A DNA stretch of 14,370 bases from Zygophlyctis sp. KS116 (GCA_054661495.1 BAAFSQ010000251.1:1-14370), one strand, 5' to 3'. Positions 1 to 14,049 are shown, numbered from the stretch's first letter. Notes: generated from the sequence alone by a model not told the origin. Numbers and translations are program-made.

Positions 1-45
1 GAAAATCTTTGAGGCAAATGGTGGCACCGCTCTTGACTCTCTCAT
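1..45 (-). CDS. Possible 5' end of a gene running out of the window (MRESRAVPPFASKIF...), reminiscent of the start of an HSF-type DNA-binding domain
   Basis: Minus-strand ATG at 45 stays open to the window edge. VPPFASKIF resembles the VPAFLTKLW first helix of HSF domains, but only 15 codons are visible. Confidence 0.3.
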   Translation of the reverse strand, partial: MRESRAVPPFASKIF

Positions 46-1069
46 CTACTCCTTGTGAAAATTTACAAGAATAAGAAAATGACAAAACCATTGGGATTGG
101 GAAAGAAGGAAAAGACTTTTGAAATTACTTCTGATAAGCCATTAGAGCAGTTGCAGGAATTATATGATTATGCTATTTATCTCTTGGAAAAACAAGAGAT
201 GCAGGATGCTTTGGATTTGTTTAAAGGTCTTATTAATGAATGTGATCAGAATGTAAAGGCATTCTACAAGTCGAAAGAATTGGACTTGAACTCTAGTATT
301 CTAGTGCCACAATTTTATCTGATTTATGGAAATTCACTAAGAGAATATTCAATTCATATTAATAATGATCAAGATGTTTATGGCTTCTTAAATGCTGCAA
401 GAGATCAGTATGAATTGGGATTAGAAAAACAAGATGATGAGTTTAAAAATATTTTATTAGTGGAATTAATTGCTCTAAATTTATATCAAGGAGGAATGAA
501 TTCAGAAATTAGAGTAGAAATAGTAGATAGAATTACTAAAGAGTTGATAAGGGATAATATAAAGGATTTTAGTCAAGATCAAGTACTTAAAATAGGATTA
601 GAAATACAAAAATATGCAAATTTTATGGATAATTTACAAGATAGAAAGGAATGGAATGATTTGGCCGTAGATTATTTGAAAAATTTGGAATTTGATAAAT
701 CTAATGATAATTATTGGAGTTGTATGGATGGAATAGCTTCTTGTTTTTTATCAATGGCAAATTATTATGCCGAACAAGTTCAAGAAGAGGAGCAGGAAGA
801 TTTAGAAGATTCAAGTCAGGTTTGTACAGATTGTGAATCTGCAATAGAGTATTTAAAACAAGGTACAATAAAGACTCTAATATTTTTAGGTTTAAGTTGG
901 ACTGACAAGGCGTTAGAGGCAAATGGAAATTATGCACCGGTATTAGCAACAAGAGGAGAGATTTTGATTTACTTGTCAGATATTCAAGCACAATTAGAGA
1001 ATTCAAAAGAATCAGAAATTTATTATAAAGATGCAATTGAATCTTTTAGAAAATGTCAAGCGATAGATC

Positions 1070-3404
<2,335 letters not shown>

Positions 3405-3542
3405 AAGAAAATCTCAAAGTTTTAATTGAATATTGAGTAAAAGAGTTGATCACATTCCTTGAGACACTCCATTGCCATAATGTTTATCTATCAAGTAATT
3501 GGACACTCATTAAAATGTATAAATCTTTTTTTTATGATTTCT

Positions 3543-3713
3543 TCAAACTGAACAGAGTTTTGGTACTGTATTTTCAAGTATATCCCCAGAAAAGATATTT
3601 CTATAATGATCTTTAGGAGATCCAAGTGATGGAGAGATGCAAGATGCAATTGGAGCACTATTGATTGATGTCAGGAATGCAGAAAGTATCAAGATGATCT
3701 TAAAATTGGCCAT
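3543..3713 (-). CDS. Putative small secreted protein, 56 aa
   Basis: ATG at 3713 lies in an A-rich context. MANFKIILILSAFLTSINSAPI has signal-peptide architecture (basic residue, hydrophobic core, small-residue cleavage region before API). Two Cys are present. No family recognised. Confidence 0.45.
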   Translation of the reverse strand: MANFKIILILSAFLTSINSAPIASCISPSLGSPKDHYRNIFSGDILENTVPKLCSV

Positions 3714-3815
3714 TTTGTTATAAATATTTGTTTGTTTACAAGATGGCACGCGCCTCAAGATCATTTAGATTGCCCATTAAAGTCTACTTTAATTTGACCA
3801 GTATTTAATTTAAAT

Positions 3816-4793
3816 TCACGATAATTCATCTCGAATTAAATCATCTACAAACTGATCAAATAAACCTACTAAATACTCCAATTGACATTCAAGAATTTCA
3901 TCTAATAAATCATTTGATAATAATCCTAAAAAATCCCAAAATTTTTCTATAGATCCTCTATGCATACCAAATTTCTTTAAATAGTTTCCATAACAGTTAT
4001 AATCTTCTTTTCCTTGTATTATATTATTTAGCATGCCTTGAGAAATTTCTAAATTTCTAAATTCTTTTATTTTAACATGCTGTATATGAATCGCCTCCTC
4101 TTCTGTTTCTTGTATAGATTCTGAATCTAAAGAGTCCAAATCTGCCATTACTGGCATCACTGGGGCTGCCTTAACAATGACTGGCTTAACAATGACTGAA
4201 GAGTCTGATCCTTTCAACTCTTCCGTATCCCTTGTCCCTAGTTCTGTCTCCTTTAAAATTCTAGTTTCAAGAGGTAGAGACAGTTCAGTCTCTGAAATTG
4301 TTTCTTTTAGAGTCTGAACACCAACTGAATTCCCTGTTTCCTTTACAACTTTTCCCAGTGAGACACTTTTAAGTAATTTTTTTTGAATTTTATCCTGAAT
4401 AAATTTCTTTGAAAGAGTCTTCTTTTTCTGATAATTTAAATCTTTAGAAAAACTTTTGCCCAATTTTTCCTTGAATTTACTAATTTGCAAGTCTAAAATC
4501 CTTTGTTGTAATTTCTCATCATGCATTTTCAACTTTTCAAACTCTTCATCTACACACTGTTTAGAATTCATCACAAGACCTGATCTACTCTTGAGAATTT
4601 CTTTAGCTTTTGAATTTTCAAATTTAAATTTAATTTCATCTTGTTTCAAGGGAACTATTTCTCTGACATTGAGTTTAAGAGTCTTGTTGGATTTTATAAA
4701 ATTAGATTCTGACTTTAAGACTATCGGCCTTCTTGGCCTTGAAGGAGTAATTTTCCTGACATGAGCAGAAGAACTTGTACTTGTGATTTCCAT
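3816..4793 (-). CDS. Coiled-coil/low-complexity protein, 325 aa, with a C-terminus resembling Moonraker (KIAA0753/OFIP), a centriolar protein
   Basis: The ORF is uninterrupted from ATG 4793. The C-terminus LEISQGMLNNI...YGNYLKKFGMHRGSIEKFWDFLGLLSNDLLDEILECQLEYLVGLFDQFVDDLIRDELS follows the GM..I...YL...H..GS...W...S.EL.DE.L...E spacing I recall for the KIAA0753 C-terminus. The ORF itself is well supported; the family call is tentative. Confidence 0.5.
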   Translation of the reverse strand: MEITSTSSSAHVRKITPSRPRRPIVLKSESNFIKSNKTLKLNVREIVPLKQDEIKFKFENSKAKEILKSRSGLVMNSKQCVDEEFEKLKMHDEKLQQRILDLQISKFKEKLGKSFSKDLNYQKKKTLSKKFIQDKIQKKLLKSVSLGKVVKETGNSVGVQTLKETISETELSLPLETRILKETELGTRDTEELKGSDSSVIVKPVIVKAAPVMPVMADLDSLDSESIQETEEEAIHIQHVKIKEFRNLEISQGMLNNIIQGKEDYNCYGNYLKKFGMHRGSIEKFWDFLGLLSNDLLDEILECQLEYLVGLFDQFVDDLIRDELS

Positions 4794-4951
4794 CAAACGC
4801 CAAAATAACGCCAAACCAACGCGTAATTTAGACCTGTAGGTTGGTTGGTTGGTTGGTTAGACACTGCTGGTTGGTAAGACACTGCGAGTCTTGGTCTAAA
4901 CGCGTGTCAGTTTCGCGTTCAAAATTTGAAAAAATTGAAAAAATCTAGAAA
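4794..4951. promoter_or_regulatory. Bidirectional promoter with MCB-like ACGCGT sites, an SCB/E2F-like TTTCGCG and a (GGTT)5 microsatellite
   Basis: ACGCGT at 4819-4824 and 4900-4905, TTTCGCG at 4911-4917, and (GGTT)5 at 4839-4858, between divergent ATGs. Confidence 0.55.
4839..4858. repeat. (GGTT)5 microsatellite
   Basis: Read directly from the sequence. The neighbouring GGTTGGT(T/A)AGACACTGC is also duplicated. Confidence 0.9.
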
Positions 4952-7625
4952 ATGTCTTCTCTCTTTCGTTCAGAGGAAATGACATTTATTCAACTGTATA
5001 TTCCCCTAGAAATAGCCCAACAGACTGTATGGGAACTAGGAGAAATTGGTTCTATTGAATTTAGAGATTTAAATCCAAATGTTAATCCTTTTCAAAGGAC
5101 TTTTGTAAATGAAATTAAGAGGTTGGATGACATGGAACGGATTATAAGATTTTTAAAATCAGAGTCTGAAAAATCATCAGTTGTAATTAAAACTCTGGAC
5201 AAGTCTTTTCCGATTCCTGCAAAGAGTTTTCAGGAATTGTCGGAAATTGAAAGTCAGTTGGAAATTCATGAAGCTAGACTTTTGCAAATGATAGAGTCTA
5301 AAACTACACTCTCTAAAAGATTACTAGAATTAACAGAGTTGTTGAATGTTTTAAAGGAAAGTTCAGGTTTTTTTGAAGAGGTATTTTAGAAATTTAGAAA
5401 TTTATTTTATTAGAATGAAGCAAAATTAGACGACAGATTTCCCCTATACAGAGAAGAGTCCGCGTTACTAGGACCAGATGTTGGGAATTTAGAGAGAGGT
5501 GAGGGGGCAAGAGGTGATACAAGTCTAGGTTTTGTGGCTGGGGTCCTGCCTAGGTCCAGGATGGGGGCATTTGAGAAAATTATGTTTAGGGCCCTTCGTG
5601 GAAATTTGTATTTGAATCATGTTGAAATTTCTCAAGATATATTAGATCCAAATACAGAGTTGCCAGTCCAGAAAAATGTCTTTATTATTTTTGCTCAAGG
5701 AAGTGAAACTTTGGCGAAAATTAAGAAACTCTGTGACTCTCTTAATGCTACAATTTATCCAGTAGATTCTTCACGTGAAAGAAGACGAGAAAATTCTTTA
5801 GAAGTTGCTGCAAGAATTGAAGATTTAAAACATGTTTTGGAAAATACTCTAATTGCAAAAAAAGGAGAGTTGATGTCTGTCTCGCAAAATTTGGATTTTT
5901 GGGCTTTATTGCTGAGAAAGGAAAAGGCAGTCTATCATACAATGAATTTTTTCAATTATGATCAAAATAGAAAAGCTCTTATTGCGGAGGGATGGTCTCC
6001 TACAAATTCTTTGAATTCTATTAGTTATTGTTTGAAAAGTGTCATGGTATATTCAATTTAGTAATTATAATTTAGGAACGGACAAACTCTACTATTCCTC
6101 CATTGATGAATGAACTTCGAACAAAGTTGACGCCTCCAACGTTCCATCGTACAAATAAGTTTACTGTTGGGTTTCAGGAAATTGTTGATGCTTATGGTGT
6201 TGCAACTTATAGAGAAGTTAATCCTGGACTATTTGCAATTGTCACTTTTCCTTTTCTTTTTGCGGTAATGTTTGGAGATGTTGGCCATGGGATTTTAGTC
6301 ACATTGTTTGCTGGTTGGATGTGTTATTATGAAAAGTCTCTAGAAAAGAAGAAATGGGGAGAGGTGAGAAATATTATAATTTGATAATAGATTTGGGCTA
6401 CATTTTTTGGAGGGAGATATATCATTCTTCTCATGGGAATATTTTCTATATATACAGGTATCATTTATAATGATGCATTCTCTCAGACTGCAACATTCTT
6501 CAAATCTGCAATCACTTTTGAATTTGATGAGACGCTGGATGAATGGGTTGGTAAACAAACGAGATCATATCCATACGTTATTGGGGTTGACAGGGCGTGG
6601 CATGGTGCTGAAAATGCTTTGCTTTTTAGCAACAGTTACAAGATGAAGATGTCGATTCTGTTTGGGGTTTGTCAAATGTCATTTGGTGTTGTCCTTAGTT
6701 TGTTCAATCACCGTTTCTTTAGACGACCTTTAAGCATATATACGGAATTCTTGCCGCAAATAATTTTTCTTGAAAGTATTTTCGGTTACTTATCAATCTT
6801 GATTATATATAAGTGGATGGCATGGAGCGAACCTTCAACTGCCCCTGGTTTGCTCAATACTCTAATTTATATGTTTTTGAAGCCAGGAACTGTTGAGGCT
6901 CAGTTATACTCTGGACAGGTATCTTTAATCAATCAATATTGATATTTAGTCAGTTGTTCAGACAATACTTCTACTTGTTGCTTTTATATGTGTACCGTGG
7001 ATGCTGCTTTTGAAGCCATACATATTGTATCAAAAGTCAAAGAAACAAATTACTTTGCAGAACCTTTCTCCAAACAGTGATGTTGAATCAAATGAAGGAT
7101 TGTTAAGTGTTTCTGCTAATCACGCTCATGATGATCATGGTGAGCACGAGGTATAATTGTAAATTCCATTAATCTTTTTAGCATTTTGAATTGGGTGAAG
7201 TTATGATTCATCAGATGATTCATACAATTGAATTTTGTCTTGGGGCTATTTCTAATACAGCTTCTTATTTGCGTTTATGGGCGCTATCACTTGCTCATGC
7301 CCGTAATATAATTTTTTTGTTCTAATTCATAGAACTGTCGGAAGTATTGTGGACAATGATTCTAGCAAATGGGCTAACTATGGAAGGGCCTCTTGCTCCA
7401 ATTATGGTATTTGTGGCATTTGCATTTTGGTTCATCCTCACAGTTGGAATTCTTTGTGGAATGGAAGGCTTATCTGCCTTTTTGCATGCTCTCCGATTAC
7501 ATTGGTACATATATATGTTTTAATATCTCAGGGTTGAGTTCAACGGGAAATTTTATCAAGGAACTGGTGAAAAGTTTGAGCCATTTGCGATTAGCAGAAT
7601 TTTGGAAGATGCTCCAGAAGAATAA
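4952..7625 (+). CDS. VPH1: V-type proton ATPase V0 subunit a (Vph1/Stv1 family), 821 aa
   Basis: Motifs: [88 protein letters not shown] and [18 protein letters not shown]. Seven introns: 5381-5413, 6047-6075, 6364-6390, 6919-6949, 7151-7181, 7303-7332, 7505-7531. Spliced length is 2466 nt = 822 codons. Confidence 0.95.
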
Positions 7626-7665
7626 CTAATACAATTATCAATTTTATGACAATTCTTATGAATTT

Positions 7666-10600
7666 CTATCCGGGAACCGCCCATAATTTTTCTGATCCAA
7701 TAAGAGGAGTTTCAGTTAGCTTCACAAACTCATCCTCACAAGCAAGTCTAATACGCTCAGATGTTGCAGGAACACGCAAGTCAAAATAATCTGATTTACC
7801 ATTTTCGAGCCTGCATAGATGAGATCATACAAGTAATTACCTGGCCTGATGTATCGCGTCTTTGATAGCCCAATACACAGATCCTCCAAGAAACAATGGA
7901 GGCTCTCCAATTCCTTTAGATGAATGAACTGCTTTGTCATTTCGCACTCCTTTCACCAATTGGACACGGAAATCAATAGGAATATCTTTAAATCCAGGAA
8001 TCTTATATAAACCAGGCCCTCTTGTCAATACTATTATAAGTTTCTAATCGAAAATTACGCAAGCCTGTATTTGGCGAAAACAACGGTTCCTCCATGGTGC
8101 ACCACCCCTGCCCCTGTACAAACGCACCTTCGATTTGTCCAATATCAATAGCAGGATTTAGGGAGCGGCCAATATCCATCACAACATCAGATCTCAAAAC
8201 AATATGATCTCCATTTAAAGTGTCGATTTCTACTTCCGTGCACGCCACGCCATATGTATAATATCGGTACATTCTCCCCTTATTTGTTGACCAATCATAC
8301 GTTATGTCAGGAGAAGCATAGTGTCCATTCGCTGAAAGATTGATACAATTAAAATAAGCCTTTTTTACAAGCTATAAATCAATTAATGAAAATAAACGCA
8401 CATCTTTCCAAGAAATACCTGGGTTTTCCTCCTTCAACGGAATAAGACGATCCATTATTTTTCTACAAGCTATCAATAAAGCCATTCCATTCAAGTCACT
8501 ACTTGCTGAAGCGGCAGTTGGCGAAGTATTAGCCACCGTGTCAGTTCTTGTTTCACTTAAATGAATTAAAGAAACTGGAATTCCCAATTCATGAGAAACT
8601 ATTTGAACCACTAAATAATCAACAAAATATGCAACTACTTTTTGTATGGAGTCCTTGGCCCATCTCAGTGCCTCCGTGTGCTACTTTCACAGATCCATCC
8701 GTATATACATGAACCAGTGCCCCCGCCTGATTTAGAAACCTGACGCTGAATGCTATCCCAAATTTGGTTGGAATAATAGCGATACCTCTTTTCCGATACT
8801 TATTTTGGTTATTGTACAATCTGCAAGCTTCTTTACGTTTCCTGTAACGTTAGTTTTAAATTTACAACTTACTCGAAATCTGATGTAACCACAAGCTCAT
8901 CCCACACCTTTTTAAGATGAACATTTTCAAGAGGCATAGAGTAATGAGTAATATCTCCGTTATTGTACAAATTCATCATCTAATATTAATCTGATAAGTA
9001 ATAGTTACTCTTATATTTTCGGGTTCTTTCTTGAGGAAACAGGCAACATGTGAAATATAAGTTTCTGCAATCATCATTCCTTGCGGAGCGCCAAAGCCAC
9101 GAAATGCAGTATTGGTTGGCAAATTTGTTTTGCACATTTTCCCAATTACACGAATATTGGGGATTCGATAAGCGTTTTCACAATGTGCTATTGATCTTTC
9201 AAGAACTCCTATAATATAAGTAAATATGACTACCAAGCGACAAGTCGATTGAATATCCAGCATTATTAAAAATGTCTAGTTCTAAAGAAACCAGTTTTCC
9301 TGCCGAAGTAAATCCTACTCTGTATTTGCCCAAGTAAGGATGGCGCATTCCTGTCATCGCCATATCCTCTTCACGACTTAGCATGCAACGAATCGGAACT
9401 TTATTCTTTCTGGCAGCGATTGCAAGAGCACAGGCCAAAAATGCAGAGCGGGTCTCTTTTCCTCCAAATCCGCCACCAAGCCGCTTCACTCTAGCAACTA
9501 CTTTATTGGAATCTATTCCCAGTACATGTGCGACTAAATGCTGGCTCTCAGTCGGATTTTGAGAACTTGTAAAAACTTCAATCTCATCATCTTCTGTGCT
9601 TGGTACAACAAGGGAAGCATTTGTCTCCAAGTAAAAATGCTCTTGTCCTGCCATTCGACATGTACCCTCTACGAAATGTTCTGCCGAAGACAACGGGGTA
9701 TCTGTTATTCCATCATTTGAATAAGCACCTGATTTTACACTCCTTTCGATGTCAAAGAACGAATTTTCTATTATAGCGTCCTGAAAATTCAATGAAATTT
9801 GTATACTTACCTCAATAGTTATGATATGTTTTTGAACTTTGTATTGTATTTTTACAGCTTTTGCGGCCGCCCGAGCAAGGTCTTCACTTTCAGCAACAAT
9901 TAATCCAATCATTTGACCGACGTGAAACACTTCTTTGGATGCAAAAAGTTCTTCATCCTTGAAAACTGGACCAAAAATATTTTTATCCGGAGTTATGTCC
10001 TTGCAAGATACAAAATCTATGACGCCTTCCATTTTCAACGCATCATCCGCATTCACAGACCTTTACATTGGAAATTTAAAAAGATACAGTATTTGGGCCG
10101 AAGCATGAGCGCTCCCAACAATCGCTCCGTACAGCTCATTTGAAAGTTTCGGTAAATCATCCACGTATAAGGCCTCACCAGTTACCTGTTTCACACCGGA
10201 TAAGTGCATGATACTCTTCCCCAATACACTGTCTTCAGAACCTTCGTCAAAAATCTTTTGTTTAATTACTGAAAAAATACCTGCACGCCTTTTGAAATAT
10301 CACGCTCGATTTCAGTTCTACAGCTTTTTAACTCGGTGGGTATTTGAATGGAATTATTCGCTGTACCTATTTCACACAGTGTTTGAATCAAAAATTTATG
10401 GAAAAAACTCAATGCTAGTTGGTAAGTGTTTTTCTAGGATACCTAATGTCTTCCTAAATTGAACTTGACCGCCAGGAGCGCTTGCTGATAATGGAAAATC
10501 ATCTAAAATGAACTTCGTAATGTCTGAGGACAGATCCATCTTCCATTTCTTCCCTACCAAAAATTTAGAGGCTGATATTGAAATGATGGTAGTTGGGCCC

Positions 10601-12022
10601 ATACCGCCATATACTAAACAAGCTTCTTTCACGATCAAATCTTTATCAAGTAGGACTCTAAATGACGCATTTACGATGGCAATATCATCATCCCTACGCT
10701 TTGCTTGTTTGAATGAAGAAGAGTATTCATTTTCTCTGGTGAATGGTACAAAAAGAGAAATAGCAACCTCTGAAGGCTTCAGTGCTGTTTTGCGATATCC
10801 TAGAAAAAATTCAGTCATTGGAACCAATCGGACCGAAGTTTTCGACTGTAGCCGTATGTGAGCTCCCAACGCAACCCAAACGGGATTCAAATCTGATATT
10901 GGACTAGCTGTGCAAATATTTCCCGCGATAGTAGATACATTACGCACTTGATGACCAGCAAAATACTTTATATTGTTCAATATGCATTCTATTCCTCTTT
11001 TTTTGGGAACCTTTTTGTTATATATTAAAATTACATCCACTTTTGAACGCAGATCATTCAATAATTCCAAAACTTGAGTCCATGTGTATCCAGTTCCAAT
11101 TTCAAATCCTTGTTCCGAGAGAACCATCTTTTTCAATTCTCCAACATCACTCGCATTTACTAAAAGAGGATATTTCATATTCTTAAATTTGGTTTCAATT
11201 CCTATTTCTGTATTTCCGTTCACAATTTTAGCATTTGGATAATCATTCTTTTAGTTAAAATACAAGGAAATCCCTACCATAATGTCCAAAAGTTCATCCA
11301 AATTCGATGGATGAATCCATTTAAATCCATTCGTTTCAAAAGAATAAGATACCGAATCTTTTGATTTAGAAACTATGGCAAAAAGTTCTTGTGGAAACTG
11401 CAACGCCTTGCCGTGACACACATTCAGATCTTCAATATCCGAAGATTCTGTTTTAGCAAACTTTAAATAAGCAGAGTAATAATTACAGTTTTCGCTCCAT
11501 CTAAAATTGGTCTATATCCTGTGCATCTACACAAATTACCATCAAAGCAATCTTGAATTTCTTCTTCAGAACTTTTTGGATTCTCTTTTAACTGGGCAAA
11601 AAGAGACATGACTATTCCTGGTGTACAATATCCACATTGACTTGAATGAGTAGTAGCTAAAGCCTTTTGTATGGGATGAATATTAGATGAATTTCCAAGA
11701 CCTTCAATCGTAATAACGTGTTTCAAGTGCATTGAACACAATGGCGCAAGGCAAGAGTTTACAGAGACATATTTAACTATTCTCTCACTCATATCAAAGG
11801 ATCCTACGACTACCGTACACGATCCACATCCTCTAGAGATTAAAAATCTAATAAATATTACCCTTCGGCACATCCCAATTTGGTTCCAGTTAAGCCATTG
11901 GATCGTAGAAAACTTATGAGCGTTTGGGAAGGATCGGGGTATTTTACTACATATTTCTTGGTATTAATGAATACGATCAAGCCGTTTGCTGTCCCATTTA
12001 GTAGCAGTTGAGATGATGTCAT
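7666..12022 (-). CDS. XDH: Xanthine dehydrogenase/oxidase (2Fe-2S, FAD and Moco domains), 1311 aa
   Basis: Fe-S motifs: [39 protein letters not shown]-domain motifs: [25 protein letters not shown]. Moco-domain motifs: [51 protein letters not shown]. Fifteen introns: 11861-11833, 11486-11461, 11277-11248, 11034-11011, 10442-10415, 10280-10255, 10087-10061, 9810-9781, 9233-9209, 9008-8980, 8872-8842, 8638-8611, 8401-8372, 8058-8031, 7840-7811. Spliced length is 3936 nt = 1312 codons. Confidence 0.95.
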
Positions 12023-12041
12023 TTCTTTATCCTCCTAGCCC

Positions 12042-12809
12042 ATGAATCAACTCCCAGTAGAGGTTGCTGCCATTGTTTGCCACCGCTTATCATTCTCAGA
12101 TCTATTGAATTTGAGAGCTTCTAACAAAGCATCGTACCATATGATCTGCTATTGGGCACCAAATCGCATATTTCACTTGAAGAGCGCAAACCAGTTTGAT
12201 ACAAATAATATACAATCATTAATGAAAAATCGGACAATGTTAATTAAAGTCATTGATTTTGGATGCATTCTTGTTTCTAGGAATGCATATGGACTATTCG
12301 AAATTAAAACTAGATTTGTAAAAATGATGGACTTCAATCATGGATTAACTCTAATCATTGAAAACGATCCATATTCTTTCCAAGTCCGAGAAAAATCATT
12401 TCCAGACATTGGATTTTCTAAATCCTTGCGTAATTTTCTAAAGAGTTCCATTTCACCAGAAATTGATATATATACAGATACTTCAAAAGAAAATTTTGAA
12501 TATGCTAGGCATTACTTGTATCCTTTGAAGAGATCGCATTTAGTCGTTGCCTGTCACTTGCATAATCTTTTAAAAAAGGGTGCCACATTGAAAACAATTG
12601 TTGATGGAACAGTTGGAATTATGCCAGATGATGATTATAATTTTGATTTTTATCAAAATCCACACTGGCAACAATATTCTGAATCCAAGAATAAAATACT
12701 CTTACTTGGAGAAGATTATAACATGCCATTTCCACATCCTGAAGCAGTAATAAACTATTTAGGTGTAATCCAAACCAGATGGGTAGAACTATATTCTTGC
12801 TTGATATAA
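12042..12809 (+). CDS. F-box-like protein with an unrecognised C-terminal domain, 255 aa
   Basis: The N-terminus MNQLPVEVAAIVCHRLSFSDLLNLRASNK fits the F-box pattern LP.E+...+...L...DL..L....K. The ORF is uninterrupted. Confidence 0.7.
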   Translation: MNQLPVEVAAIVCHRLSFSDLLNLRASNKASYHMICYWAPNRIFHLKSANQFDTNNIQSLMKNRTMLIKVIDFGCILVSRNAYGLFEIKTRFVKMMDFNHGLTLIIENDPYSFQVREKSFPDIGFSKSLRNFLKSSISPEIDIYTDTSKENFEYARHYLYPLKRSHLVVACHLHNLLKKGATLKTIVDGTVGIMPDDDYNFDFYQNPHWQQYSESKNKILLLGEDYNMPFPHPEAVINYLGVIQTRWVELYSCLI

Positions 12810-12812
12810 TTT

Positions 12813-14049
12813 TTATGTATAATAATCAAAAATTATCATGGTAAAATAAAATACTAGAATAAATATCATTAATCTGACTAATGATCCCAGTTTATAGCCC
12901 TGATTTCCTCTTTTATTCTGTAAATTTCTTGAATTTGTTGGTAATACTTCATAATCATTCTCCTTTCTTAAACGTGAAAGACTCTGTACTCTACATTTTC
13001 CAGAATTTACAAAAAACAAAATCAATGTCATAATAAAAAACATTAGAGTATAAAGATACATCCCCATTTGTGATGGTAGCAAACAAGTCCTTGAAAAAAT
13101 TTCATCTGAATTCTCTAAATGATTTAAAACCATGATTCCATATCCAGGATTATAATTCCCTTGAAGCCAAGAGAAAGTAGGTAATGTATGCTAAAGTTAA
13201 ATTTACAGTAAATACTTCTATAAACTTTAAAGAACCCACTTTATGAGTGTAAACACAATCATCATGATCATCTCCTGAAAATACTAAAACTGGTTTAATT
13301 TTCATCAAAATTTCTTCAGAAAGACTTTGAGGAATTAAATTAATATACTGATATCCTCTACCTTGCTTTATTGGCTTGTTTATTCTTAAACTCCCACAAT
13401 CTGAATTAGCATTTCTATATAATGGTATATGAGTAAACAAGACATTATTTTTAGACTGATCTTGATTATTCAAAAACTCTTTTGAATTTGTATAATATGT
13501 AGACTCCTTGTCTGCCAAAAGCCCAATTGAATCCAAAAATATTAAATTTGTATTTCCTATTGTAAGATTTCTATTTAGACTTGAAAAATGGCCAATAAAT
13601 CTATCATAAGCCATTGGAATTATATCAACTCCAATATCATGATTTCCCGCCATAAAATATTTCTGACCGTGACTTTTACCAAAAACAAAATCAAACCGAT
13701 CCTTTTCCAAATCATAATCTTTTTGTAAAGAGATTTCTCTCCCTCCATCCAACAGATCCCCTAAAAAAACAATAATATCTGGTTTAAATTTCTCATCTAC
13801 CAACCTAAAACTCTTCTTCATGAAAACATCTGAAAAGAATAAAGTTAATTTTAGAAAGAGTCCAGACTGTTTATAAGAGTAAAAATCTGTTAATTGAGGA
13901 TCTGCGATTATTAATATTTTGGAAGAATTTGAGAATTTTGGAAAATTACATTTAAAGACTGAAAAGTAAAATGATAATTTAGCGATCCAAAGTATCCATA
14001 TAGCCCACAGTATCCAAATCAAGAGTGAAGGCTTTTTGAATATTCGCAT
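12813..14049 (-). CDS. CDC1: Cdc1/MPPE1 (PGAP5)-family metallophosphoesterase, a GPI-anchor remodelling ER membrane enzyme, 403 aa
   Basis: N-terminal TM helix, then motifs IADPQLTD, GDLLDGG, GNHDIG, THIPL, GRGYQY and SGDDHD. A 25-nt intron at 13215-13191 restores EHTLPTFSWLQGNYNPG and joins two C-terminal TM helices. Spliced length is 1212 nt = 404 codons. Confidence 0.88.

Noticed and set aside
55-78. GTG start at 55, and similarly the TTG start at 4814, given by the ORF track
   Set aside because: In a eukaryotic context the first in-frame ATGs (79 and 4793) are the more parsimonious starts.
4150-4198. Short internal duplications encoding VIVKPVIVK and PVMPVM
   Set aside because: This is ordinary slippage in a low-complexity linker.
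4839-4858. (GGTT)5 as an interstitial telomere repeat
   Set aside because: It is not TTAGGG-like and is only 20 nt long; a simple microsatellite explains it.
12031-12036. Perfect Shine-Dalgarno-like AGGAGG 8 nt upstream of the XDH ATG on the minus strand
   Set aside because: The gene is a single-chain eukaryotic-type XDH with 15 introns and no other gene shows this, so chance is the likely cause.
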